A stretch of DNA of 64,000 bases from the human T2T-CHM13v2.0 reference genome, Homo sapiens: NCBI RefSeq assembly GCF_009914755.1, contig NC_060937.1. One strand, given 5' to 3'. The notes beneath the pieces were generated by a model. The model made no database searches. It was not told the origin of the DNA and was given only the letters and a program-made list of their open reading frames with translations. Positions 15,890 to 35,783 of the stretch are shown one piece after another. Every line of letters starts with the position of its first letter. Position 1 is the first letter of the stretch. A program made the translations under genes and the position numbers.

Positions 15890-17109
15890 TGCGTGGCCGC
15901 CATAGCTAGGAAGCCTTCCCAAGTCGGGAGGACCCTCCCCAAGGAGCTCCGGAGGCTCCCCCAAAGCCGGGAGAACCTCGCACAGGCATCCAAGAGCAGC
16001 TCTGCTCCCATGGGGACCTGGAACTTATTTGGAACTCAGCAGTCCCTGCTCTTTCTTCCCTTCCTGCTCCCCCACCTACCTAAAATCCCAGGAGCTAGCA
16101 AAGGACAAAGGCTCTCCCCAGAGCTTCTGCCACACAGGGGTGCTGATGGGTGGGCTGCAGGTGGGCCTGAGCCCCTGCCCCCCTTAGCTCCGGCTGATTC
16201 TGTTTGTCGCCGACCTCAGCTGACTGGATGCTGTCATGGTGGCATGGCGATTATTATAGGCATCTCGGTTATATTACATTACGGTCTTCTCACTTTATTG
16301 AGATCATCTCAATTACTGCTCAAAGATTAGTGCAAGCTGCCATGACTCATATGCATCCGGTGTTTACTCTTACTTCATGGCCCTAGTAGTGCTGTATTGA
16401 TGCCAAAGCGTGAGAGACTGTCACTTGATTACGATTTCCAAAGGCTACTGTAATGAATCTGGCCCAATTCCTGACTTGGCTTGGACAAGCCTCCTCCCTC
16501 CTCCACCCACTATCCCATTCCTAGGTTCCATTTTCACTTTAGTTCTTCTACCAGAGTTAGATGCATGTTTTCCTTAATCTTTACATTTAAAAATAAAATT
16601 AAAATGCAAAGTCGTCACATGAAAACACACTTCTCAATTTTCTTTTTTTAAATATCCCAAACATCAAAACAGTACTACTCAATAAACGCCCTCATCAAGT
16701 GCTATGAATACACCAGTTGGCATCAGATGCGTCTCCCTAGACAGCAACGTTTCTGTGTCCACGGATCAACAGTCCACTTATGACAGAGCTTCCGATTCAG
16801 GCAGGCCCTGGCAGGCTAATTTCACCTCCATGATTTTATATGCAAGTTAATGCTACTCCCTGAAACTGCTCTTCCCTGAGTTCTGCCTGTCAGGGATGGA
16901 GATGGAGAAGCTATCCATAACACTTCTCTCCTCCTTAGCCCCACAGGCAACATGCCAGCCTGTCCTCCACTCTGCCTTCAAAGCATGCTCTGCGGCTGGC
17001 GACTTCCTGCCACTTGGACTGCTACCACCAGGAACCAATTTCCCATCTATCTTCAGCTCCAAGGCTCCTACCCTCACCCTGCCTCCCTCCTGTCACACCA
17101 GCCAGAAGG

Positions 17110-17625
17110 ATCCTTGCAAACCCCACCTCAGATCATGTCAATTACTAAAAATAAATTCAGGGGCTCTCCACTGCACTCTGTAATTTGACTCAAAATTATT
17201 AGCTTGGCCCTCCAGGGTTCACCTAATCCGCCCTCTGCCTAATTCTCCAACCTTCTTTGGGGTTTCTGCTCTCCCCATTCCTGATGATCCAGCCACATGC
17301 CTCTCTTGGAATTTATGCCACCTTCCCATCTCAGAGTCATGGTTCAGCGTTTTTCACTGGTTTATTCTTATTTATCCTGCAGGCTCAGCTTTAATGTTCC
17401 TCCTGTGAGCTCACAACCTATATTATTCTTTCTCATTGCAACATGTTCTTTGCATTTACATGCAACCATTTGTGTATCTATTGTGTATGATCCCTCGGGG
17501 GCTGATACATTTTGGGACAGGAAGGAAAGCATCCTTTTGTATGAGATGTATCCCCAGTACCAAGCCCCAGGGTCAGCTGGAGTAGTTGTTGAGTTGACAT
17601 GGATGGAATTGGTGAAGAAATGAAT
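17110..17625 (+). mobile_element. L2 3' fragment
   Basis: CAGATCATGTCA...CTCTCCACTGCACTC; ends in TGAATG-type terminus. Confidence 0.55.
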
Positions 17626-17873
17626 GGGCTGTATAAGGTTGACAGTATTCACTCATAAAGGTTTAGTGACTTGACTCCTGCCACACCCTCAGCAAGCAGA
17701 CATGCAGTTCCTAGGTGAACTGCACCATCTGGAAGACTCCCTAGGAGAAGAAATGGGGAGAGGGGCTGCAGGAGGCAGGTTAGAAAATTCTAGAACAGTT
17801 GGTTCTCCAAGACAGAGTCCCCTTAGAGTGGGGCTGTAAAGATATGTGAGAAGCATAGTCAATGTTCACACTT

Positions 17874-18906
<1,033 letters not shown>

Positions 18907-19139
18907 AATGTTCACACTTGTTGGGAAAAAAAGTCTCCCTTGGTTTCATAATGCAGAATGTTGAAAGTAAGGCTCTCCCTATGACGCCCTTAGCCCCACC
19001 TCCACCCCCAAATAACGGGAAATACGGGCCGTCTTCTCTGAAGGAAGATTTTTGGGTTTATCCGAAGAAGGCAGGTGTAAAAAGCGACTGGGAAACAGCA
19101 ATATGCCCTTCTGCCTCTCCTCTGAGCAGAGCGAAAGGC

Positions 19140-19390
19140 TGCTGGCCACGGGAATGTGGGTCTCGGTGATCCCCGCAGCCCGCAGGCCCCACGGACCCAG
19201 GAGAGGCCGGCGCGGAGCCTGGGGCGGACTAACAGCAGAGGGCGCCATAGAGCAGGCCGCGCCCGGCAGGTGCGGCCCCCGCGCCCGGGTGAAGTCCGCT
19301 GGCCGGGAGCAGTTCCAGCCAGACCCTGCAGCTCTCAGACTGGGGCGGCCCTCTCCCTTGCCCTCCTCTGCTCGGCTGTGATTTCGCTGT
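19140..19390. promoter_or_regulatory. Small CpG island with GC boxes and CTCF motif
   Basis: dense CpG; GGGGCGG at 19221 and ~19342; ACAGCAGAGGGCGCCA at 19232-19247. Confidence 0.65.
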
Positions 19391-19627
19391 GCTTCTGTGG
19401 GAGAAAATGCTATAAGTGACTCTATGGACATCCGTAAAAATAAATGCCAGCTACTATGACTATTCAGGTGTACAGGTGACATGCGATATTCAGAAAGAAG
19501 CTAAGAGTCTGGGGTAAGGGTGGGAAGGGGGATGTGGTTCGTTGTTTTTTGTTTTTCTGCTTGGCTTGTGGAGTCCGTTCAGTGTGTAGTGCTTTTTGTT
19601 TGTTTGGTTGGTTTTTTTAATGTCTTA

Positions 19628-19695
19628 GGTTAAATTTTGTCTTTCTGGGAAAAGCTACTTTGGTTAAAATTTGTCTTTCTGGGAAAAGCTACTTT
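19628..19695. repeat. 34-bp tandem duplication (2 copies)
   Basis: GGTTAAA(T/A)TTTGTCTTTCTGGGAAAAGCTACTTT x2, one mismatch. Confidence 0.9.
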
Positions 19696-20383
19696 TTCCC
19701 AGGATGATTTGACACAACACTGGTGCAATGCACTAACTTAGATCAAAGAAAACGGGCTGAAGAGACCATTTACCCACATGTAAATCCCAGTAGGCCGTTT
19801 TTTAAAGAACCTCCGCCGGGATTGGGAGTCATTCAATCAAGGAGCGTTAGAGCTGGAAGAAACTTTTGAAATTAAACCGCCTTTTTATTATTAGATTAAA
19901 AAGGAGGCCCAAAGAGGAGAAGGAACTTGTCCAAAGTCACAGCACCTTTGAATGCAGTGGGGCTGATTTCCAGTCTGGGGCACAAGGGAAACTTTTAGTG
20001 AAAGGTTGGTGGTGTGTGTTGTTAAGCTTTCATTCTATTCTCTATTATATAAACATTGTAAGGAAAATTGAGAAGATGCCATTATTTTAATTGCCAGAAA
20101 TCCTCCCACATCAAGGCGATCATTGTTAATATTTTTGCTCTATAATTTTCCAGCCTTTTAAACTTATATATCAAAACTTGTATCAATACAAATTTATATC
20201 AGTTTACTAAAACTGGATTACACCATCCTTATTGCTTTGCAACTACTTTTTTTTTTGATCATCAATATAGCTTGAACACTTTTCCATGTCAACTAATATA
20301 TATCTACATCATAATTTCTAACAGATGCATAACTATTCCCTTCAATGGGTGCACCTTCATTAGTTTAATCAAACCCTTATTGA

Positions 20384-20734
<351 letters not shown>

Positions 20735-21299
20735 TAACACACTTGCATTAAATATTCTTGTCCGTACATCTTTTGCACAGGTAATGTCCACCTACTGATG
20801 GGTGTGGCTTTTTGTAGGAATGCAGTGTGATGGTGTAGGCTGGGCTTGGACACTGCCTTGCAAACTTTCTGCATCTTTACACAAGCCACAACCTTACTAG
20901 GCCCCAATTCTCTCATCTTCAGGTGGAGGTGATCATAGTGCTTGTCTCCTAAGGGTGTTGGGAGGATTCAATGAGGTCATATATAGAAAGTGATTGGTCA
21001 GTGCCAAGCACAAACACGTCCTATATAAATGTGAACTCTTAGAATATTACTATCATTACCTCAAACCCTGAAGATTGGCTCAAAATAACCCTCATGGTTT
21101 TATTTTACTCTGATTGAGAGTAACTGGATTTCATGAAGAAGTGTTTAAGTGCTAAACTCTAGTAGCTAAAGCAATACCTCCTTTCTTTCTAACTTAATTC
21201 ATCCAGAGGAAAAAATAATGATAAACGTAAATGGTGGATGGGTTCTTCAGCTACTTGTTATGTTCTGGTCACATAGCTTAATGCTAGCCCAAAGAGAAA

Positions 21300-21975
21300 A
21301 GTCTATATTGGCAAGGATGTGGAGAAATTGGAGCACACTATTGGTGGGAATGTAAAATGGTGTAGCTGCTATGGAAAACAGAATGACAGTTTCTTAAAAA
21401 ATTAAACAGAATTACAATACGATCCCGAAATTTCACTTCAGGGTATATACGCAAAAGAATTGGAAGCAAGGACTTGCAGAGATGTTTGTATGTGTTCATA
21501 GCAGCATTATTCACAATAGTCAAAGGTGGACATAACCCAAATGTCCATCAGTGAATGAATGGATAAACAAAATGTGGTATACACATACAATGACATATTA
21601 TTCAGCCTTAAAATTAAAGGAATGCGTACCACATGCTACAACATGGATGGACTTTAAAGACATCATGCTAAGTGAAATAAGCCAGTCACAAAGGGACAAA
21701 TATGGTATTATTCCACTCATGAGATACCTAGAGCAGTCAAATTCATTAAGACAAAAGGAGAATGATGGTTTCCAGGGGCTGGAGGAGGTGGCGGGGATGA
21801 GGCTGCTGTTTAATGGGTGCGGAGTTTCAGTTTTGCAAGATGAAAAGAGTTCTGGAGATGATGGTGGTGATGGTTGCACAACAATGTACCTAATGCCACT
21901 GAACTGTCCATCAAATGGTTAAGTTGGTAAACTTTGTGATATGCATGTGTTACCACAATTAAAAACAAAATTCTA
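21300..21975 (+). mobile_element. L1M (L1MB-like) 3' end
   Basis: GGCAAGGATGTGGAGAAATTGG...CATGCTAAGTGAAATAAGCCAGTCAC...CACTGAACTG. Confidence 0.85.
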
Positions 21976-23495
21976 AAAGAAAGAGGCATAGTGTCTCATT
22001 GAAGGTTCTTAAGTTCCCTTCCTAAGCATCAAGTCTTTTGTGATAGATAAAGCCCCCTCTGATCCCTTCTCCTTTGGAAAATGCTCAAAGCACAGCCTCT
22101 GGCTTCCCAGTGCCTTCGAACTCGTCTCCTCTGTTTTGTCCTTATATCCAGGGTCATCACCATTTCACAGGCCTAAGCAGTGAGGGGGTGAACACTGTAG
22201 CAGAAGCCGTGGTCTCTGAAAGTTTGTTTTTAATCTAGGAAGATGCCATGAGTCACCAGGACACATTTCAGGTTCATATTCCCATCTGAGGCATTGGAAA
22301 CCCATTCCTACCAACCAAATGTATGAGTTACCCACATTTCTTCTGCTCGGTCCCCACCCTCACCTTCCGTCTCTCTCCCTCCCTCCTCTCACAGGTTGCA
22401 TCATCCTCCCCAGACAGGAATGGGCTGATGGCACTCTGCTCAGAATATCTCCTGGTTCCCTGTACATGCAGGATGAACACCCGCCCGAAAAGTCTTCCAC
22501 AGCGCGGCCACTCCTCTCCCTCTTCCTTTCACCCTGAGGCCTGCTGCACTCCTCACCTGCTCCAGGAGAGCAGAGCCTGTGGTTTCCTGGCCCAATGGAC
22601 CTTCCCCATCTCCAGACATGCTTTACACATCTCCAGCCCAGAGCCTTCGCACAAGCCTTTCCTGCTGTGTTCACTGTGTTGAATTCCTGTTCCTCTTCCT
22701 TATCCAGGCTCAGTTCTCACTCCTAATTTAATGATGTGGCAAGTCTCTGAGTTAGAGATAGCTCTCATCTGTATCAGGGGAGAACTAATATACACAACAA
22801 CAATAGCGCACATTGATCAATTACTGACTGTGCCAGGCACTGTTCTGTGCATGTGCTCTGCATGTACAATTCTGGTTTCCTCAGAATCACACTGAGATGT
22901 AGCCACTATTATTATCCCCATTTTTCAATAAGGAAACTAAAGTGGCCCAAAGAATGTAAGAAACTGGCCCAAAGCCACCCCCCTAGTAAGAGGTGGAGAG
23001 AAGATGAGGATGCTGGTCCTCTGGCTCAGGCTGCTCCTCAAGGTCTCGGTGGGGAGAAAGAGGTAAGGAATGTGAAGTGTTGGGCACAAAAGCAAACCAC
23101 GGTTCTCCTCCCACCCTCCCCACCAGAGTTTACCTGGAAATGGTTATTTTGTGTCTTTTCCCTTGAATATATTATTAAATCCCCAAGAACAGGAATTGGC
23201 TCTTACTCATCTTCATGTTTCTCCAGCCACCAGCCCAGGTTTTACTCATAGTAGGTGCTCACACTAAAAAGAAGAAAGAAAAGAGAAAAAGTTCTTCTGT
23301 GCCTTGAAAGTGCGAAGTGAAGGCTACAATCTGGGACAAGAGAAAATGAGCAGTACGGCACGGTACTTAAAGCCTGGATTTCTGGAGCCAAACAAGCAGA
23401 TCAAATTGCAGCTTCACTTACAGCTGTGTGACCTTGGGCAAGCTGCTTATCTCTTTGTGCCCCAGTGAGTTGTCTCATATATACACATGCATGTA

Positions 23496-24165
<670 letters not shown>

Positions 24166-24506
24166 AGTCATACTCAGCATAACAACATTGAGGTCAACAA
24201 GGGACTGCAAATATGGTAGTGGTCTCATAAGATTATAATGGAACTGAAGATTTCTATCACCTAGTAACTTCATAGTGTCATAGCGCAATGCATCCCTAGC
24301 ATGTGTGTGTGGTGATGCTGGTATAAAGAAGCCTACTATGCTGCCAGTCATGTAAAAGTGTAGCACATACTATTATGTACAGTGCATAATACCTGATCAT
24401 TATAACAAACAGCTATGTTACTGGCTTATGAATTTGCTATACTATACTTTTTATTATTATTTTAGAGTGTACTCCTTCTACCTATAAAAAAGTTAACTGT
24501 AAAACC
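24166..24506. mobile_element. Tigger3/GOLEM fragment
   Basis: CATAAGATTATAATGGAACTGAA...TTTTAGAGTGTACTCCTTCTAC...GTTAACTGTAAAAC. Confidence 0.75.
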
Positions 24507-24511
24507 AATTA

Positions 24512-24628
24512 CAGATAGATAGACAGATAGATGAATAGGTGGATGGATAAGTGGATGGATAGATGGATAGATAGACGGATGGATGGATGGATGATAGATG
24601 GACGAATAGATAGATAGATAGATAGATA
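24512..24628. repeat. Compound (GATA)n/(GGAT)n microsatellite
   Basis: visible tetranucleotide runs. Confidence 0.9.
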
Positions 24629-25129
24629 ATCACAGTGTTACTTTGAGGAATGAATGAATGAATATATGCAAAGCACTTGGAACAGTGTCTGAACCATGGG
24701 AAAGGCTCGATGTGTTTGCTATCATTATAATTCTGTATCTTAGCCCAACAAATGGAACATGAGTTATTAACCACCTACCTTCTGAGAAAATGATAATAAA
24801 AGAGCTTATCTGCAAATAGTACCTTCTAAGAGCTCTGCAAAGTGCAGTTCAAACGTTGCTTCCCTTGAGGGTCCCTCCCTGACTCCAGACTGAGTTTCTC
24901 ATTCTTTCCTCTCGGCTGCATCTGTTTTTGCTGTGTATATTTCATATTTTATGTAAATAGATACAACCTATTTAATCTACTAAATTTTTTAAATTACATG
25001 CTTTATGCTGAGTTAATTACAGACTCACAGGCAGTTGTGAGGAATAATACAGAAAGACCCACTGTACCCTTCACCCAGTTTCCCCCATTGGTAACATTTT
25101 GCAAAACTGTAGTGTAATATCACAACTAG

Positions 25130-25659
<530 letters not shown>

Positions 25660-25829
25660 TATTCCTGCTATCGTACTTCACCTTACTTCTTCTGGGGAAG
25701 CCTCTTCCCTGCCTCTAATCATTTCTTTGTGCAGTCTCTGAATGGTCTTTCAAACAAAAGTGTGAATAAAAGCTCCCTGAAAACTTCAAGATAGATAATG
25801 GATTTTAGTATAACAGAGTAAGAAAGGTT

Positions 25830-26280
25830 CACTAATAGACTTTTAGATTTCATATTGCAACTAATCTCTAAAAACTCTCGTCACCTGTCAAGTTTTGGTG
25901 TAGTATTAAAAAGGAATATCTATACATATTTGAAAAGACCATTAAAATACTCTTCTCTTTTTTAACTACACATCTAAGTGGGGCTGAATTGTCTTCAGAT
26001 ACTTCAACTAAACTAACATATAGTAAGAGATAGAATGCAGAAGCAGATATGAGAATCAGCTGTCTTCCATTAAGCCAGATATTAGAGATCTGAAAAATGC
26101 AAAACAATTCCACTTTTCTCACTAATTTTTCTTTGTTTTAGAAAATACAGTTGTTTTCATAAAAATATGCTATTTGTATTAGTTTGCATTGGCTATGTTG
26201 CTGTTTTCAAATGAATTAAATAGTTTTAAATAGCTCTGTTTCAGTTTATGACACATTAAATATTAATTAATATACCAAAA
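25830..26280. mobile_element. Charlie1-like hAT fragment
   Basis: GAATGCAGAAGCAGATATGAGAATCAGCTGTCTTCCATTAAGCCAGATATT. Confidence 0.7.
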
Positions 26281-27329
26281 AAGAATGTTATATAAGTGGA
26301 ACTATGCAGTATGCAACCTTTTGAGATTAGCTTTTATCATTTAGCATAATTTTTTATTTTTTAAATTTAGCATAATTTCCTTAAGCTTCATCCAAGTTGT
26401 TGCATGTATCAGCAGTTTGTTCCTCTTTATTACTGAGCACCATTCCATGGCATGGATGTACCACAGTTTGTTTACCCACTCACCTATTGAAGGACACCTG
26501 AGTTGTTTCCAGTTATAACAAATAAAACCTCAGGTACAGATTTTTGTGTGAACATATGTTTTTCATTTCTCTGGGATAAATGCCCAGGAGTAGAGTTGCT
26601 GCATTGTGTGGTAGAGGCATGTTTAATTTGTTTAAGAAACTGCCAAACCATTTTCCAGAGTGGTAGGATCATTTTACATTCCCACCAGCAATGGTAAGAG
26701 GCCCACTTTCTCCTCATCACCATTTGGTGGGGATAGACAGACATTTATGTTATCTATTCTGACAGATATGTAACGGTATGTCGTTGTGACTTTACATTTC
26801 CCCAATGGCCAATGGTACTGAACATCTTTTCATGTACTTATTTACCATCTCTATATCTTCTTCAGTGAAACGCCTATTCCTTTCTTTTGCCTATGGTCTA
26901 AATGGATTTTTTTTAACTGTGGGGTTTGCAGAGTTCATGATGTATTCCAGATGAGAGTCCTTTGTCAGATATTTGGTTTACAAATATTTTTCCCAATCTG
27001 TAGCTTGTCTTTGCATCCTCTTAATAGGGTCTTTCATAAAGCAAAAGGTTTTAATTTTTATGAGATCCAATTTACCAATTTTTCCTTTATGGATCACACT
27101 TTTGGAATTGAGTATAATAACTCTTTGCCTAGACCTAGGTCTCAAAAACTTTCTCTAATGTTTTTCTTTTACAAGTTTTCTAGATTTACCTTTTCCAATG
27201 CACACTGTGCTCCATTTTTAGCTAATTTTTGTATAAGATATGAGACTTGGGTCAAGGTTCTTCTTTTTTCCTGTTTTCTTTTTGCCTGTGGATGTCTAAT
27301 TGCTTTAGCATCATTGCTGAAAAGCCTAT

Positions 27330-27698
27330 TGCTATGGTTGGAATGTGTCCCCTGAAGTTTGTCTGTTGGAAACGTAATCCCCAATGCAACAGTGCTGGGA
27401 GGTGGGGTCTAATAGGAGCTCTTTAGACATCAGGGCTCTGCCTTCATGAATGGATTAATGTCATTATCGCCAGAATAGGTTTGTCATAAAAGCGAGTTGG
27501 GCCCCCTGTCACTGTCTCTCCCTTGCCATGTGATGCCTTCTGCCTACGTGATGATGCAGCAAGAAGGACCACACCAAATGTGGCCCCTCAATCCCGGACT
27601 TCCCAGCCTCCATAACCGTGAGCCAAATAAATCTCCGTTGATTATAAATTACCCAGTCTGTAGCATTCTGTCATAGCAACATAAAACAGACCAAGACA
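27330..27698 (+). mobile_element. MaLR solo LTR (MST family)
   Basis: TGCTATGG...AATAAA...AATTACCCAGTCT...AAGACA; TG...CA ends. Confidence 0.85.
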
Positions 27699-27849
27699 GC
27701 TGTCTCTCCTTCATTGAATTGCTTCTGCACCTTTTCAAAAATTGGTTATATTGTGTGCATCTATTTATTGGTTCTTTGTTCTCTTCCATGAATCTAGGGG
27801 TCTATCCCTCAGCAATAACACGCTGTCTCGACTATTGCAGCTCTAAAAT

Positions 27850-28131
27850 GAGGCATGTTGCTCTGTCACCCAGGCTGGAGTACAATTGTGCAATCATAGC
27901 TCACTGCAGTCTTGAACTCCTGGACTCAAGCAATCCTCCAACCCCAACCTCCCAGGTAGCTGCGACTACACAAGCCTGCCACCGCACCTAGCTAATTAAA
28001 AAAATTTTTTTTGGTAGAGATGAGGTCTCCCTATATTACCCAGGCTGGTCTTGAACTCCTGGCCTCAAGCAATCCTCCCATCTTGGCCTCCCAAGGTGCT
28101 GGGATTACAGTGTGAGCTACTGTGCTCAGCC
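27850..28131 (-). mobile_element. AluJ-like
   Basis: CTCCTGGACTCAAGCAATCCTCC; reverse dimer. Confidence 0.85.
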
Positions 28132-28297
28132 TACCTTTCTCCTTCTCTTACAAGATTATTTCAGCTATTCTAGATCCTGAGCCTTTCCATATTCATTTTA
28201 GCATAAGTTTGTCTATGTCTACAAAAAACCTTGCTAGGTTGCTATAGCATTTTGATTTGCTTCCATCCAACATCCAAAGTATGATTTGGTCAAGAAA

Positions 28298-28663
<366 letters not shown>

Positions 28664-30529
28664 CTACAGGGTATCCTCATTTGACCATGACATATTCAAG
28701 GTAGAAAATCCATCTCATTTATCTTTGTAACTGCCAAGCACCCAGCACGATGACATATAATAATAGGTGCTCAATAAATATTTGTTGGGTGAGTGCACAA
28801 ATGGGTGCCCCAAAATACACTTTCATGCAAAAACAGACAATTTTGCAGTAAACAGACTCCAGCCTTTTATTTTGTTTGCTCTCAGCTCCTTTATACTTTA
28901 AGCTCATCTCACTCATTTCTACTAGGTTTCCTTCCGAAAACCCACAGCGGGCCTAGACCATTTTGGTCAAATTTGAGCTGATTGCATCACTTCCATGGAC
29001 AAAATCTTAGAAAACTACTTATTCTATATACTGAATAAGATTCACATCCCTCTATACTCTTCCCATACACACAGAGAGACAACCTGTGTCATCAGCCAGG
29101 AAGGAAATATTTGCTGAGGTCTTAGCCTGTACTAGGGACTGTCAACAATGAAAAGAATGGTAAAATATTATTTCTGCCCTGAAAGAGTTTGAAATGTGAG
29201 TTTGTTATTTGAGGACTCTATGACGCATATTCTGTTCATTATATAATTGCTCACCTTTTCACTTCTCTTCAGCTGAGTCATGAATCTTCTTCGTTTCTGT
29301 TCCAGTGCTTTAGCTGCAGGGGGCAGTTTCTGGCCTGTGCACTATAGGCCACGGCTGATGCCACGTCATCCCCCAGGATTTTGGGAGAAAAGCCCTCGAC
29401 TTCTCTCCAACTCTCTCCTTTTTCTCTAGGATGAGGCCAAAATACACATATTTGTTTTCACCTCTTATCCAAGTATATTGAAAGGATTAATGAGAGTGCT
29501 TTAAAGCCCTTTGATAAGGCATGGTATATTGCCAAGGTAATCAACGATTATGTTTTCTTATATGAAAGTTAAAATAAGCCACAGGAAGGAGTCTAGCCTT
29601 CCACGTTTACCGGCGTTTATTTTTGAACGCTGTTTTCTTTGCCATTCACCATTAGGAAAACAGAGTCTGAGTACTGTGACTTTAAGGGCCTATAAACCTA
29701 TAAATCTTCCTCCCAGGTCAGGGTAAATAATTCTCCTTTCTACCATAATTGGGGAAGTCAGAAGTGTGCTCAGTGTGTGGCTTGAAAGATTCTTTGCCAA
29801 AATTCTACCCCAGTGGACAAGCCTGGGCTTTCATGAGGGGATCTCAACTTTCTCAGCCTCTTGGCAGCTGGCAATGCCGCCTTGAAATGCCTTCCTTTGC
29901 TTCCATGACATCCCTGGGGACCCCTTCTCCATATCCTTCAGGGGACCTTCCTCCGCAGCCCAGCCTCTGAATGCTGGTGGCCCCCAGTGCTCGGTCCAGG
30001 TCCTCTCCTTCCTCACCCTTCACTCTTCTTGGGTAAGCTCACATGCTCTCATAGCTGTAGAGGCCTTTTAGAAGGGGCACATTCTCCTTGTTTCTATGTG
30101 GAAACCCTCTCTAGAATATTCCCTCAGCCCCTGGCCTCTTCATTTCACTTACTGGTGGTCTTTAGAGGAAGAATTGGGTAGGCTCCTCTGGGCCCCTCAC
30201 TCTGCCTCAGAAGTCCATCCACCTACCTGCCCTCTGCCTTCTGCTGTCTGCCCTGGATGAGGGTGAAAGGAAAAGGCTGACTATTGTCCATCTGGGCCAG
30301 TGACCGGATGTGCAAGGCCACCTAATTTTGAGGGAAGTATTAACAGGCCCATCTGGACACAAATCTAGGGCCACAGCCTCTGATTGGCTTCATCAGCACG
30401 AACGCTGACATTTAATCTCCATCTGCCCACAGCTAGGTTTACCTCTCAGTTGGTTCTACGCTCAGTGGGGATGAAGGGTGCTCTGTTGACCCTCTCCCTT
30501 TCCCCCACCCCACACTATCTAGTTATCAG

Positions 30530-33760
<3,231 letters not shown>

Positions 33761-33775
33761 AAAGATCATGCACCC

Positions 33776-34086
<311 letters not shown>

Positions 34087-34249
34087 TTACTGGGAAAAGT
34101 ATTATAGAAGTGTTTAAGGTAAATAATTAATGAAAATATTATGCTAATTTCTGGATTTTATGTTTGTGGTATTTGTAATGTTTTAAAATTTCAATTCCTA
34201 AGAGGAAATACAGGAAAAATGTTCCATATCTGCCCCTGTTTTTGCTCAG

Positions 34250-34870
34250 CCACTGACTTTTGGAGTTCTTCAGGCCTGGAGTCTCTCTCATCTTCTCACT
34301 CCACCATCTCCATACTTGATCTCATCCTGTCCACCTCTTCATTTTTGACTTGATTATTGACATCTCATCAGTTCACAACTCTAGCCCAGAATGCTCTTCT
34401 GAGCTCCAAACCTATGATAAGTAGACCTACTGCTGTGTACTTAACATCTCTTCAATGTCCAAAGTCCTTTTAAGCTCAACATCTCCAAAATTGTCCATAT
34501 GATCTTCTCCCCACCAAACCCAGTTCTCCTCCATTGTTCCTTTTTTCAGTTGATTTAACTTCTCTCTATCAACCGCAATGGGAAAGCCAGAAACCCTGAG
34601 GTCATCGTCTCCTTCCACCACCTCCAATGCAACACCATTGACTTTGTTGATTCTCTGCATCCCAAACAGTCACCAGGGTCCATGGTCTGAACCATCTGCT
34701 CCTGCCTGGACTAGGACTCCTCATGGTTGACCATGTCCATTCTGATCACTCCTTCTCCTCCCCACCGCCTCAGTGACCTCTGAAATGCAAATTTACTCAT
34801 GTCACTTCCCTGCTCACTACCTTTCAGTGGCTCCCATTGCTCTTAGAATCAAGACCAAAATCTTTAACCT
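34250..34870 (+). mobile_element. L2 fragment
   Basis: CTAGCCCAGAATGCTCTTCTGAGCTCCA...CATGTCACTTCCCTGCTC...GGCTCCCATTGC. Confidence 0.65.
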
Positions 34871-35486
34871 TTCTTTCAGGCAAGTCTGATATTCAGCCAA
34901 GGCATACCAGAATGGCTGTTCCAATGGTTAAGATATTGAAAGACTTTTGTATTATTAGCAATCATTCATAGGAAGGAGGCCTCCCACAATACTATGCCTG
35001 AAAGGGGGCATGAAGGCCCTTTAGCACACTAGTCCTGAGTGCCCTACCTTGTCCAGGGCAGGTGGCCACAATGGACAAGCCAGTGTCTGACCCCTGGTGG
35101 CCCTGTGTACTGGCTCTGCATCTCAAAATGATGAGTCCTAGCATCGGCCTCCAAGCTGCCTGGCTACTGTTAATGCACACATCACGGCCTCTGTCTCAGT
35201 GCTTGAATGCCAGGACAGCAGGGATTTGGATTCAACAGAGCAAGTTTTCTGAAGGTAAGCCTCATGAAGCTGTGGTTAGCTAAGGAGATTGTATAGTTCC
35301 GCAAAGACTTTTAAAAACAGGAAGCCAGCAGAAGGATTTTTTTCTTACCCCAAAAGTTTTCCCCTAATAAAAGGTCTTTCTTACATGTCTTTCTTATATT
35401 TGGTTCTTATTTATACTTTCTATTTCTTTGCTAAGACTTTCTGTTCTTTTATTTATTTTAAGTTTGATCAAAATTGTCCACTGAGG

Positions 35487-35783
<297 letters not shown>

